A stretch of 64,000 nucleotides of DNA from Candidatus Anstonellales archaeon (lineage in GTDB: Archaea; Micrarchaeota; Micrarchaeia; Anstonellales; J096). Positions 18,523 to 26,966 of the stretch are shown one piece after another. Below the pieces are notes generated by a model. That model was not told the DNA's origin and made no database searches. It saw only the letters and a program-made list of their open reading frames with translations. The translations under genes and the position numbers were made by a program. The stretch covers positions 465,536 through 529,535 of the forward strand of contig JAWAFI010000001.1 in assembly GCA_038890615.1 (NCBI GenBank). The letters run 5' to 3'. Each line of letters begins with the position of its first letter. Positions within the stretch are counted from its first letter, which is position 1.

Positions 18523-18597
18523 GCTCCTGTAGTCTAGCCCGGACAAGGATACTGGCCTCTCGAGCCAGAGACCCGGGTTCAAATCCCGGCAGGAGCA
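18523..18597 (+). tRNA. tRNA-Glu (anticodon CUC)
   Basis: Hand fold: acceptor GCTCCTG/CAGGAGC, anticodon stem CTGGC/GCCAG with loop CTCTCGA, and T-arm CCGGG-TTCAAAT-CCCGG with discriminator A. The architecture matches archaeal tRNA-Glu. It is 75 nt with no encoded CCA. Confidence 0.85.
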
Positions 18598-18599
18598 CT

Positions 18600-19040
18600 C
18601 TACTTCTTCTGGAGCAATTTCACGTTCTTCAGCTTGAGCTTTATTGGGATTGGCACAGCCACCTCTATTGGCTCAACAGTGATGTCCTCCTTGGCAGCAT
18701 CTATCTTTATCACCTTGCCCTTCTCCCCTTTCATGCCCCCGCTCTTTATCTCTACAATGTCGCCTACCTCTATCTTCTCCTCCTTTGCTGGCTCAAGCAT
18801 AACCATCTTGAACAGCTCATCCTTGGAAATGCCCTTCCTGAGCAGGCCCTTCACATGCCTTACCTTGTTTATGAGCTTTATGACATTGTCTTCATCCTTT
18901 GCTTCAACGAATAGGTAACCCTTTACCCTGTCTATATAGGTAATTGAGTATATCTCTGCCCCAGTTGTCTTTACTCTTCCTTCAAGGGTGCTTGCAACAA
19001 TCTTCTCCTGCCCATAAGTTACTCTTATTGGGAATATCAT
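18600..19040 (-). CDS. spt5: Transcription elongation factor Spt5 (NusG homolog) with NGN and KOW domains
   Basis: IFPIRVTYGQEKIVA...GYLFVEA is the NGN domain and GDIVEIKSGGMKGEKGKV is the KOW motif. The conserved secE-nusG neighbourhood supports it. Confidence 0.85.
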   Translation of the reverse strand: MIFPIRVTYGQEKIVASTLEGRVKTTGAEIYSITYIDRVKGYLFVEAKDEDNVIKLINKVRHVKGLLRKGISKDELFKMVMLEPAKEEKIEVGDIVEIKSGGMKGEKGKVIKIDAAKEDITVEPIEVAVPIPIKLKLKNVKLLQKK

Positions 19041-19041
19041 G

Positions 19042-19224
19042 CTATCCTCCTGCGCTTGCTATTACTGAAATGAGAAGCCCGAGGAGCCCTATTGCTATCA
19101 TGCCAAGCCCTGAAACTTTTATCACAAGCCTTAGTTGGGTTGGAGTTGGCTTTGTTGATACGATAAGCACTCTCCTGACTCCAGCAATTGTCTTCTTTAT
19201 GCTTTCAATCCAGCTGCCGATCAT
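19042..19224 (-). CDS. secE: Preprotein translocase subunit SecE (Sec61 gamma)
   Basis: It is 60 aa with a basic N-terminus, KPT motif and a single C-terminal TM (GLGMIAIGLLGLLISVI). It lies directly upstream of spt5. Confidence 0.7.
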   Translation of the reverse strand: MIGSWIESIKKTIAGVRRVLIVSTKPTPTQLRLVIKVSGLGMIAIGLLGLLISVIASAGG

Positions 19225-20300
19225 CCTACCACATCTATATCTATATCCCCTACTTCCCTTATGCTGTCAACAGTGTATTCAGGGAACTTTACGCCTGCAA
19301 GCACTACAAGTACCCTCAAAGAATTCTTTTTCAGGTTTTCCTCTATTCTCGCTCCCCATATTATATGGGAGTTCTCCCTTATCCTATCTCCAACGCTTGC
19401 AACTATTGTTTCTGCCTCTTTCAAGCTCATGTCTTGCCCGCCTATTACATTTATGAGTGCCCTGCTTGATGTGCTTATGTCAGCGTCTAGCATTGGTGAA
19501 TTGAGAGCTGTCTCAACTGCAACCATTGCCCTTTCCTCCCCTTTTCCTTCCATTGATGCTTCACCAAGCCCTATCACAGCGTAGCCAGCGCTGCTGAGCA
19601 CAGTGGTCAAATCAGCGAAGTCAACATTAACAAGCCCTGCTTTTGTTATCATCTCAGTTATCCCTTTCACAGAGCCTGCAAGCACTTCATCTGAAACCTT
19701 GAAGGCAGTGTTCAAAGGCAAATCAGGCGCAATGGTTAGCAGCTTGTCGTTCCTTACTACTATGGTAGTATCAGAGCATTTCTTCAGCTCCTGCAATCCC
19801 TCCAATGCATTCTCCATTCTTACCTTCCCTTCTGCAGTAAAAGGAAGCGTAACTACTGAAACCACTAAAGCCCCTGCTTCCTTTGCCTTTTTCGCAATTA
19901 TAGGTGCGCTTCCTGTCCCAGTGCCTCCTCCCATCCCGCATGTTACGAAAACAAGGTTTGCGCCTGCTATTGCTTCCTTTATCTCATTTTCGCTCTCTTC
20001 AGCAGCCTGCTTCCCTACCTCTGGGTTGCTGCCTGCGCCCCTGCCTTTTGTAAGCTGCTTGCCAAGCAGTATCTTCTTGCTTGCCTTTATCTTAAGGAGG
20101 TGCTTTGCATCAGTGTTCATTGCAACTAGCTTTACTCCGTCAATCCCAAGCTCAAAAAGCCTGTTAAGCGTGTTGCAGCCGCTCCCTCCTGCGCCTACAA
20201 CCACCAAATTCGGCTTGCTTTCCTCTATGAACTTTAAAAGCTCCTCATCCTCTTTTGTAGAGGGGCTTATGCTTTCTACGATTTCATGCTCCATGGTCAC
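19221..20300 (-). CDS. ftsZ: Cell division GTPase FtsZ
   Basis: It has the tubulin signature GGGTGTG (GMGGGTGTGSAPIIA), the T7 loop and NLVVVGAGGSGCN. Confidence 0.95.
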   Translation of the reverse strand: MTMEHEIVESISPSTKEDEELLKFIEESKPNLVVVGAGGSGCNTLNRLFELGIDGVKLVAMNTDAKHLLKIKASKKILLGKQLTKGRGAGSNPEVGKQAAEESENEIKEAIAGANLVFVTCGMGGGTGTGSAPIIAKKAKEAGALVVSVVTLPFTAEGKVRMENALEGLQELKKCSDTTIVVRNDKLLTIAPDLPLNTAFKVSDEVLAGSVKGITEMITKAGLVNVDFADLTTVLSSAGYAVIGLGEASMEGKGEERAMVAVETALNSPMLDADISTSSRALINVIGGQDMSLKEAETIVASVGDRIRENSHIIWGARIEENLKKNSLRVLVVLAGVKFPEYTVDSIREVGDIDIDVVG

Positions 20301-20360
20301 ACCTGCTCTATGACTATGAACTACGCTATTAATTTAAATACTATCTTTTTTAAATTTATC

Positions 20361-21023
20361 ATGACGGAGGAAATGGAGCAGCAGGACAGGTTTAAGGAGC
20401 TAAGGGATGCTTTCAACGCCTTGGCAGCTTATCCCTCCATTACTGCAAGGAAGCAGGCAAAGGCAGCCATAAAGGCAATAAAGAAGGAGTACAACGAGGG
20501 CGATGCGCTTAAGAGGAACTTCATAATATACACAATACACCACAATCTTGCGCGCATTTCTGAGATAAAAGACATGAAGAGCGCAGAGTGGGCAAGGAAT
20601 GTGAAGAAGCTTGAAGGAGAGCAGGTTGCGCCTTACGTTTTCAGCTCTGTAACCTCCCATTTCAGCTCAGTTGAAGGGGCTATGGCCCTAATTGACTTGC
20701 TTTCAGAGCTTAAAGGCCCACTCCCGTCAAAGGTCCTTGCCTACCACCTTTCCTACTATTTAATGTTCCAATCCCTGCTTTTCAAGCTTCTCAGGAACCG
20801 CTGCCTTAAGGCATTGGGGGAAGCAAGGTCAACATACGCTTTGAGCGTGCTCCTCTCGCTAGCAGAGGCAGGGGTTGATGAGATTGAGAGGCCCCTTGCA
20901 GAGGCAATTTCGAGATGGAAGGAGCGCCTTGAGGGATCAAAGAGCAATGCAGCAAAAAGATGGCTAAGCTTGATTGAGGGATCATTCGGGGCTCAAGAAA
21001 AAAAGGAGGGGCCTTATTTTTAG
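20361..21023 (+). CDS. Alpha-helical hypothetical protein (start moved to MTEEMEQQ; the listed ORF start overlaps the ftsZ start)
   Basis: It is an ORF with no recognisable domain. TATA-like taatttaaatac lies about 25 nt upstream of the ATG at 20361, so it is probably leaderless. Confidence 0.4.
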   Translation: MTEEMEQQDRFKELRDAFNALAAYPSITARKQAKAAIKAIKKEYNEGDALKRNFIIYTIHHNLARISEIKDMKSAEWARNVKKLEGEQVAPYVFSSVTSHFSSVEGAMALIDLLSELKGPLPSKVLAYHLSYYLMFQSLLFKLLRNRCLKALGEARSTYALSVLLSLAEAGVDEIERPLAEAISRWKERLEGSKSNAAKRWLSLIEGSFGAQEKKEGPYF

Positions 21024-21532
21024 CGCTCGAACTCTATCTCCTCATCTATGTTTTCGTTCTGGTATTTGCCTTCGTAAGCCTTTGCCTCGCTGCTTAGCTT
21101 GATGAAAACAATCTGGGCAACCCTTGCGCTTCTTTTTAGAGTTATGCCCTTGTCGTTGTGCACTATTAGCATCATCTCGCTCCTTCCCTTGTAGCCAGGG
21201 TCCCAAAGGGCGCTGCTTATTGTTGCCCCTGACCTTACAAGTGATGACCTAGGCAAGGCCATTGCAGCGCAATCAGTAGGTATTGAAACAACCTCGTTCA
21301 CAACTATTTTGTATGCCCCCTTCTTCAGGTAGAGCTCCCCTGTTTCTGAGAAGTTAAGGGGTATGCAGTCGCTTATCTTCCTTTCGCTGTTGTCATAGTC
21401 TATTTTTCCAGGCGTGTCGTAAGAATACACCTCTTTAAGCGTGAGGTCAACCCCTGCTGGCTGGAACTGCTCATCCCCAATATGGCCGCTTATTATCCTT
21501 TTGCTCCTTATCTCCTTTTCAGTGAGTATCAT
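21020..21532 (-). CDS. dcd: dCTP deaminase (dUTPase superfamily)
   Basis: It has MILTEKEI and the dUTPase-fold motifs GxxDxGY-like (DPGYKGRSE). It is 170 aa. Confidence 0.8.
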   Translation of the reverse strand: MILTEKEIRSKRIISGHIGDEQFQPAGVDLTLKEVYSYDTPGKIDYDNSERKISDCIPLNFSETGELYLKKGAYKIVVNEVVSIPTDCAAMALPRSSLVRSGATISSALWDPGYKGRSEMMLIVHNDKGITLKRSARVAQIVFIKLSSEAKAYEGKYQNENIDEEIEFER

Positions 21533-22002
21533 CTTTCGTCCTCTGCTTCCCTAAACCATTCCCATGAGAATTCATAATCGAAGAGCTCCTCCTTTTTGAA
21601 GAACCTCTTTATTTCCTTCTCTGCTGTTTCCCTACTGTCGCTTGCGTGTATCAGGTTGGTTGAGGTGCTTATGGAAAAATCGCCCCTGATGGTGCCTGGC
21701 TCTGCCTTCCTTCCATTCGTTGCCCCTACTATTTTCCTCACAACCTCAACAGCCTCAGGCCCTTCAACTGCCATTGCCACTATGGGCCTTGAGGTTATGA
21801 ATTTTTCCAATGCCTTGTAGAATGGCTTGTTTAGGTGGTGGGCATAGTGCTCCTTGCTGATCTCAGGGCTTATCCTCATCATCTTGATTCCAACTATTTT
21901 AAGCGCCTTTGCCTCGAACCTGCTTATTATTCTCCCAATAAGCCCCCTCTCAACAGCATCCGGCTTCAGCAATACAAGGGTCCTTTCCATCATCTCGCCC
22001 AT
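21529..22002 (-). CDS. ndk: Nucleoside diphosphate kinase
   Basis: It has ERTLVLLKPDAVERGLIGRIISRFE and NLIHASDS with the active-site His. Confidence 0.95.
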   Translation of the reverse strand: MGEMMERTLVLLKPDAVERGLIGRIISRFEAKALKIVGIKMMRISPEISKEHYAHHLNKPFYKALEKFITSRPIVAMAVEGPEAVEVVRKIVGATNGRKAEPGTIRGDFSISTSTNLIHASDSRETAEKEIKRFFKKEELFDYEFSWEWFREAEDER

Positions 22003-22145
22003 TTCAAATACCTTCTCTGCCTCTTAAGCTTGAGCATATTCTTCTTGCACTTTGATGAGCAGAAGTAGAAAACTTCGCCTGTTTTTTGGCCGTAGAGGTA
22101 GCCGCTCCCTTTTCTGATCACTTTTCCACAAAGGCTGCACTTCAT
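21990..22145 (-). CDS. rpl24e: 50S ribosomal protein L24e (not in ORF track, 51 aa)
   Basis: Own translation of the minus strand from ATG (rc 22143-22145): MKCSLCGKVIRKGSGYLYGQKTGEVFYFCSSKCKKNMLKLKRQRRYLKWAR. It has the L24e zinc ribbon and overlaps the ndk start by 13 nt. It fits the canonical L7Ae-S28e-L24e-ndk operon. Confidence 0.8.
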   Translation of the reverse strand: MKCSLCGKVIRKGSGYLYGQKTGEVFYFCSSKCKKNMLKLKRQRRYLKWAR

Positions 22146-22146
22146 C

Positions 22147-22344
22147 TTACCTCGCCTTTATCTCCTTCGCTTCCCTTTCTGTGTCAGAAAGCACTATTAT
22201 CATGCCCTTCCTTACTGGGCCTTTTATGTTCCTTAGTATTACCCTGCCAGCGTTTTCGCCGTCAAGGATCTTGCATAGCGCCTGGTAAATCTCCCCGTAT
22301 ATGCCTGTCTTTCCCTTTATCTCAACTATCTCTGCGTAATTCAT
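22147..22344 (-). CDS. rps28e: 30S ribosomal protein S28e
   Basis: AEIVEIKGKTGIYGEIYQALCKILDGENAGRVILRNIKGPVRKGMIIVLSDTEREAK is the S28e signature. Confidence 0.9.
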   Translation of the reverse strand: MNYAEIVEIKGKTGIYGEIYQALCKILDGENAGRVILRNIKGPVRKGMIIVLSDTEREAKEIKAR

Positions 22345-22817
22345 TCTTTAGCCTCTTTTGACTCTTCTTCCTTCTTTTTTCTTGGGGTCCTTGGCTTCTT
22401 CTCTTTCTTCTCTTCCTTCTTTTCCTCTGCTGGCTGGGCTTCTTTCTTCTCCTCCTTCTTCTCCGGCTGGCTGAACCTCTTCATGATGTCAGTGAAAAGC
22501 TCCTTTGCCTCCCCTGGGTCATCAACAGATACAGATGAAGAGCCAACCTTCAGTCCTGCTGCTTGCCCTAGCTGGAGCTTCTCAGGGACATATACGCATG
22601 GTATGTTCCTCTCCTCGCACATTGAAGGGAGGTGCATTACTATCTCAGGCGGGCTTACATCCTCTGCGATAATCACTAGCTTTGCGCTTTTCCTCTCTAC
22701 GCTCTTTGTAACCTCATTTACTCCTTTCTTTACCCTTCCTGCCCTTTTTGCCACGCTCAGCATCTCCATGAGCTTTGGCAAAAGGTCTTCTGGCACCTTA
22801 TGCTTTACATTGGTCAT
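22341..22817 (-). CDS. rpl7ae: 50S ribosomal protein L7Ae (kink-turn binding) with an unusually long K/E-rich C-terminal tail
   Basis: KKGVNEVTKSVERKSAKLVIIAEDVSPPEIVMHLPSMCEERNIPCVYVPEKLQLGQAAG is the L7Ae core. The 158 aa exceed the usual ~120 because of a C-terminal KKEEKK repeat tail. Confidence 0.9.
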   Translation of the reverse strand: MTNVKHKVPEDLLPKLMEMLSVAKRAGRVKKGVNEVTKSVERKSAKLVIIAEDVSPPEIVMHLPSMCEERNIPCVYVPEKLQLGQAAGLKVGSSSVSVDDPGEAKELFTDIMKRFSQPEKKEEKKEAQPAEEKKEEKKEKKPRTPRKKKEEESKEAKE

Positions 22818-22888
22818 ATTTGATCCCTCATCTGTGTTCCTCTATACAAGAGCGGTGTTTTTAATCCTTTCGCCACCCTTGTTTTTTA

Positions 22889-22961
22889 GGGCCCGTGGTC
22901 CAACGGCTATGACGTCACCCTTACACGGTGAAGATTCCCGGTTCGAATCCGGGCGGGCCCA
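22889..22961 (+). tRNA. tRNA-Val (anticodon UAC)
   Basis: Hand fold: acceptor GGGCCCG/CGGGCCC, anticodon stem TCACC/GGTGA with loop CTTACAC, and T-arm CCCGG-TTCGAAT-CCGGG with discriminator A. It is 73 nt. Confidence 0.85.
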
Positions 22962-22962
22962 T

Positions 22963-23166
22963 ATGGAAATAGAAAGGGTAAAGAGAGACATAGCAAAGTT
23001 CTATGCTAACTTGGCGAAGGTGAAGCGCAGGGCAAAGGCGGTTGAGATGGCAGAGCGCTATGCAAAGGACGCAGAATACTTTTTGGAGAAAGGCGAGATT
23101 GAAAGCGCCTTTGGGGCAATAGAGTATGCCCATGGCCTACTTGACGGCTTTCTGCTTTCTTCCTAG
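22963..23166 (+). CDS. Small helical hypothetical protein (67 aa), the only plausible coding part of listed ORF 22483..23166
   Basis: ATG lies 2 nt after tRNA-Val: MEIERVKRDIAKFYANLAKVKRRAKAVEMAERYAKDAEYFLEKGEIESAFGAIEYAHGLLDGFL. Confidence 0.35.
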   Translation: MEIERVKRDIAKFYANLAKVKRRAKAVEMAERYAKDAEYFLEKGEIESAFGAIEYAHGLLDGFLLSS

Positions 23167-23463
23167 CTTTGCTTCTTTCCTAACTTCCTTTAGCTTGTTC
23201 TTGCCATAAACCTCAATGCCTTTAACTAGCGATGCAAGCGCAAGCATGCTATCTTCCCCTTTCAGCTCAAGCATCCTTTTGACTGCAGCCGCCCTTTCCT
23301 TATCGCTCAGGCTCGCCCATACAGCGCCCATAAGCGTGTATTCTGGAAAACCGGTTTTGCCTTTGCAATTCCTGAGCTCCTTTTCAATCCTCTCATCTGC
23401 TTTCCCGCCTGTAATCAAGGCATTCAGAAAATTGCTTATTTCCTTTTCCCTATACATGTTCAC
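23137..23463 (-). CDS. Hypothetical protein, 108 aa
   Basis: It is an ORF with a basic C-terminus and no recognisable domain. Confidence 0.4.
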   Translation of the reverse strand: MNMYREKEISNFLNALITGGKADERIEKELRNCKGKTGFPEYTLMGAVWASLSDKERAAAVKRMLELKGEDSMLALASLVKGIEVYGKNKLKEVRKEAKLGRKQKAVK

Positions 23464-23534
23464 ATCCCCGCATAAAGCTGGCCTGTACTACTTATAGCCA
23501 AAACCATTTTAAACATATGCTCGCCTAGGTTTCC

Positions 23535-23801
23535 ATGGAGATAAACAAGCAGCATAAATGCAGCGCATGCGGAAAGGAATTGTTTGCTTCAGTCAGCACT
23601 GACATAGAGCTTACTGAGATTTCACTTGTAGGCAGATGCCCTTTCTGCAGCTCGAGCATTGTGCTCACTTTTGTTGCGATCCCTGACTCTACAAAACCGA
23701 AAGAAGAGAAGATCGAGCCCCTTTCAATAGACGAGAGCTTGGTAGAGGACCAAGTGGAGCCATCAGTAATTGGCGACATACTTGACGAAGACCAGATTTA
23801 G
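23535..23801 (+). CDS. Small zinc-ribbon protein (CxxC...CxxC) with an acidic tail
   Basis: It has CSACGKE...CPFCSSS as two Cys pairs and an acidic C-terminus. It is 88 aa. Confidence 0.4.
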   Translation: MEINKQHKCSACGKELFASVSTDIELTEISLVGRCPFCSSSIVLTFVAIPDSTKPKEEKIEPLSIDESLVEDQVEPSVIGDILDEDQI

Positions 23802-24288
23802 GCTTACCTCAAAAGGAAGGCAATGGCTTTCAGAGCCGCTTGGAAGGGCGATCAGCGAAGAGGAGCTCCAAACGCTAAAGGGGAGGGACATAATTGCAAT
23901 AGGGGACATATCTGCTTACCTCCTGATAAAAGCAGGAATAGCGCCTAAAGTTGCTGTCTTTGATTTTAAGAGCAGGAGGGATGAGGTTGAGCCAAAGGTT
24001 GCCCAGCTCCTACGGGAAAGATACCCGAACCCTATCTTGATTGAAAACCCCCCAGGAAGCTTTTCAGAAAACTTTTTCTTAGTTGCAAGGAAGGCAATAG
24101 CTGAGCAAAGGGGCATATTCGTAAAAGGGGAGGAAGACCTGCTAGGCATTGCTTTCTTCATTGAGGCCCCTGAAGGATGGGTTGTTGTGTATGGCCAAGA
24201 TAGGAAATTCGTTGTAATTGAGATAAGCCCTGAATTCAAGGCAGAGGTAGGAAGGCGGCTTTCAGAGGCATTTGAACCTGGGCTCTAA
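23770..24288 (+). CDS. DUF359-like protein; candidate GTP-dependent dephospho-CoA kinase (archaeal type)
   Basis: IIAIGDISAYLLIKAGIAPKVAVFDFKSRRDEV resembles the DUF359 core (GDxxs...vDgktkR). The start is uncertain, and the listed ORF overlaps the zinc-ribbon ORF. Confidence 0.45.
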   Translation: MATYLTKTRFRLTSKGRQWLSEPLGRAISEEELQTLKGRDIIAIGDISAYLLIKAGIAPKVAVFDFKSRRDEVEPKVAQLLRERYPNPILIENPPGSFSENFFLVARKAIAEQRGIFVKGEEDLLGIAFFIEAPEGWVVVYGQDRKFVVIEISPEFKAEVGRRLSEAFEPGL

Positions 24289-24409
24289 GAATGAAACACT
24301 TATAAACATCTCCTTAAATAGATAATCCATGAACGGGGGAAAGATGCTTCTACTTCTTTTAATATGAGTAGGGGTTTTATTTGCACAGGCAGAAGTCGCC
24401 TATTGGACT

Positions 24410-25384
24410 GTGGTTGTTGAGGGCTCCCAATTTCCTTGGATGTTTATGAGCCCTACTCCTACTTTTAGAGACAACAACCCATTGATGGAAACTAGAGGAT
24501 CAATAGAGGGTGATTTTTCTGAAATCTGGGCAGTTGGAAAACTGAACAACGAGCACGCTAAGACTACTGTTGAATCTGAAGAGCCATTTATAGTGAATAC
24601 CTACTACGGAAAGGGCGCAAGCACCTATGTTTCTGACATCATAGAAGATTACATAGAGCAACTTGACGATGAAGGTTCATTGCAAAAAGGCAACTTCTAC
24701 TTCTGCTATGGCTATTGCGGTGATTATCCTTACTACTATGTGCTTATAGTTGGCTACGAGTCTTATGGCAGAATGGTTGAATGGTACGACTATATAATCT
24801 ACAACGGCGGGGGGGTAGAGATAGCTTTGCCTGATAAAAAAGTTGTGCCAGGCATAGGCATGACCAAAACCTTCAGGGACCTTATACTAAAGGTTCAAAG
24901 CAGCGCAGGCCAAGTAGCAATGTCAAAGGGGCTTGGTTCTTTGAGCCTTCTGGGCAGGAACACTGTATATAGCATCAATGCAAGGGCAAAACAGAGGTTT
25001 TCTTCTACTGCAGGCACAACGCTTCCATGGTTTGCCTACTTAATATTCTTTGAAGACAGAGAAATGAGCGGCAGATACACAAGGCCATCATTTTTTAGCC
25101 CAATATCTTTGATTCTGGCAAGCCATGCAATGCAGAGCCCAGCAGGATTGGCTATAAAAAGAAGCTCATTCACGTGCGTGGGTGAGTTACTTGACGCCAA
25201 AGCAATACCTCCTGGATACTCTAGCTACGCTTCAACGAGGTTCTCAGGAAAAGGAGGTACAACAAATTATGTGATCTACTACAACTCTTTTGGGTTTAGC
25301 GATTGCATAATAATGTACGACCTTCCAGTATGGGCTTCCTTCCATACATGGATGCTGATGAATGAGATGTATCCTATGACCTGA
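24410..25384 (+). CDS. Tyr/Gly/Ser-rich hypothetical protein, 324 aa (start uncertain: GTG at 24410 or ATG at about 24440)
   Basis: It is a long ORF with unusual aromatic-rich composition (YYVLIVGYESYGRMVEWYDYIIYNGGG) and no recognisable domain. Confidence 0.4.
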   Translation: MVVEGSQFPWMFMSPTPTFRDNNPLMETRGSIEGDFSEIWAVGKLNNEHAKTTVESEEPFIVNTYYGKGASTYVSDIIEDYIEQLDDEGSLQKGNFYFCYGYCGDYPYYYVLIVGYESYGRMVEWYDYIIYNGGGVEIALPDKKVVPGIGMTKTFRDLILKVQSSAGQVAMSKGLGSLSLLGRNTVYSINARAKQRFSSTAGTTLPWFAYLIFFEDREMSGRYTRPSFFSPISLILASHAMQSPAGLAIKRSSFTCVGELLDAKAIPPGYSSYASTRFSGKGGTTNYVIYYNSFGFSDCIIMYDLPVWASFHTWMLMNEMYPMT

Positions 25385-25423
25385 CAATATAAACTCAACT
25401 ACTAACCTTTTAACTTGGCTTTT

Positions 25424-25600
25424 TTACCCGCTTCCTTTTCCGCTGAAGTAGAGCACTGCAGCAGCTGCTGCAGAAGCAACAACTGCCATGCCTGCTATTG
25501 TAAGCAGGTCTGTGTTTGGGTAATACTGATAATAAAAGTAGGTTATTGCAATGCCTAGAAGAATGCCCACAACTATCCTTAAATAATCAATGGCGTTCAT
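25424..25600 (-). CDS. Small membrane protein (58 aa), not in ORF track
   Basis: Own translation: MNAIDYLRIVVGILLGIAITYFYYQYYPNTDLLTIAGMAVVASAAAAAVLYFSGKGSG. It has two predicted TM helices. Its start codon abuts the stop of the PRC-barrel gene. Confidence 0.35.
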   Translation of the reverse strand: MNAIDYLRIVVGILLGIAITYFYYQYYPNTDLLTIAGMAVVASAAAAAVLYFSGKGSG

Positions 25601-25843
25601 CTATGGGTTCTGCCCTTTCGTAACAACAATTACGTCCTCAACTGACTTTACATTCTTGTAGATGACGCTCTTCTCCTTGATCACATCCCTTGCCTTCTCC
25701 TTTGATGTAGGGAGCTGCTCAAGGAGTATCCTTGTAACCTCACCTGATTCAATGTCAAGTATGAAATCCTGGGCTGTGCCCAAAAACTTCCCTCCGTCTG
25801 TAAAGACATCCATGCCATAAAGCTTTGACAATCGCACAGTCAT
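25601..25843 (-). CDS. PRC-barrel domain protein
   Basis: MTVRLSKLYGMDVFTDGGKFLGTAQDFILDIESGEVTRILL is a PRC-barrel pattern. It is 80 aa. Confidence 0.65.
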   Translation of the reverse strand: MTVRLSKLYGMDVFTDGGKFLGTAQDFILDIESGEVTRILLEQLPTSKEKARDVIKEKSVIYKNVKSVEDVIVVTKGQNP

Positions 25844-25934
25844 CTGCTCACCTGCTATTTATTGGCTATGCCCTTTTTAAATATTATGCTTTGCCTCCCA
25901 AAAGGATTAAAAATATGCTAGCGCTATTCTTTCC

Positions 25935-26966
25935 ATGAAAAAGAAGGACTACCTTTCAAGAGAGGTTAGGCACATTGACATAATGAAGTTCGATTCTGCT
26001 GAGATAATAAGGCAATATGAAAATACAGCATTCCAGGCAAGGAACCTTGCCAGGGCTGCCCACATCTATGACAGGATGCTTGCTGACAAGGACTGCAAGA
26101 TTATTCTCTGCTTAGCTGGTTCCCTTTTCAGCGCAGGGCTAAAAAAGGTAGTGCACACTATGGTAAAAAGCAACATGGTTGATGCAATAGTTTCAACAGG
26201 GGCAATAATTGTTGACCAGGACTTCTTTGAGGCCTTAGGGTTCAAGCATTACATAGGGAGCCCAAGGGTTGATGATGATGATCTCTATAAAAAACACATA
26301 GACAGGATCTATGACACATTCATAGATGAGGATGAGCTTAGGGTTTGCGACATGACTGTGGCAAGGATAGCAGACAGCCTAGAGCCAAAGCCCTACTCTT
26401 CAAGGGAGTTCATAAGGGAGATGGGAGCCTACCTTAAAAAAGAAGGAAAAGCAGATGGCTCTGTTGTTGGCGAGGCATACAAGCAAGGGGTGCCTATATT
26501 CGTTCCAGCCTTCTCTGACTGCAGCGCTGGCTTTGGTCTGGTTTACCATCAGCATAAGAGAGGCGATAAGCCAAAAGTGGCAATAGATTCTGCAAAGGAC
26601 TTTTTTGAGCTCACAAAGATAAAGGTTGCTTCAAAGGACACAGGGCTTCTTATGATAGGTGGAGGGGTTCCAAAGAACTTTGCGCAGGACATAACAGTTG
26701 CTGCTGACATATTGACAGGAAGCTCTAGGATGCATAAGTATGCTGTGCAGATAACAGTTGCTGATGAGAGAGACGGAGGCCTTTCTGGCTCCACCCTTAA
26801 GGAGGCGCACTCTTGGGGAAAGGTTGATGATGTTTATGAGCAGATGGTTTTTGCAGAGGCAACTCTTGCAATGCCTTTGCTTGTGAGCTATGCCTACCAC
26901 AGGGGCAACTGGAAGAAAAGGCCAAGGATGCGCTTCAGCTCATTACTTGATGAAGGGAAGATTTAA
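25935..26966 (+). CDS. dys: Deoxyhypusine synthase
   Basis: MVDAIVSTGAIIVDQDFFEALGF and the GGGVPKNF and SxGxxK regions match the DHS family. It is 343 aa. Confidence 0.9.
   Translation: MKKKDYLSREVRHIDIMKFDSAEIIRQYENTAFQARNLARAAHIYDRMLADKDCKIILCLAGSLFSAGLKKVVHTMVKSNMVDAIVSTGAIIVDQDFFEALGFKHYIGSPRVDDDDLYKKHIDRIYDTFIDEDELRVCDMTVARIADSLEPKPYSSREFIREMGAYLKKEGKADGSVVGEAYKQGVPIFVPAFSDCSAGFGLVYHQHKRGDKPKVAIDSAKDFFELTKIKVASKDTGLLMIGGGVPKNFAQDITVAADILTGSSRMHKYAVQITVADERDGGLSGSTLKEAHSWGKVDDVYEQMVFAEATLAMPLLVSYAYHRGNWKKRPRMRFSSLLDEGKI

Noticed and set aside
18523-18597. Possible intron or aberrant D-region in tRNA-Glu (20-nt D region)
   Set aside because: Its length (75 nt) and arm lengths match the known archaeal tRNA-Glu layout exactly, e.g. 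the methanogen tRNA-Glu with the same 20-nt D region. No bulge-helix-bulge motif is present.
19261-20313. Plus-strand ORFs 19261..19584 and 19603..20313
   Set aside because: They are antisense to ftsZ, with low-complexity shadow translations.
22483-23166. 227-aa plus-strand ORF
   Set aside because: It runs antisense through rpl7ae and straight across tRNA-Val (22889-22961). Only the terminal 22963..23166 segment after the tRNA is plausibly coding.
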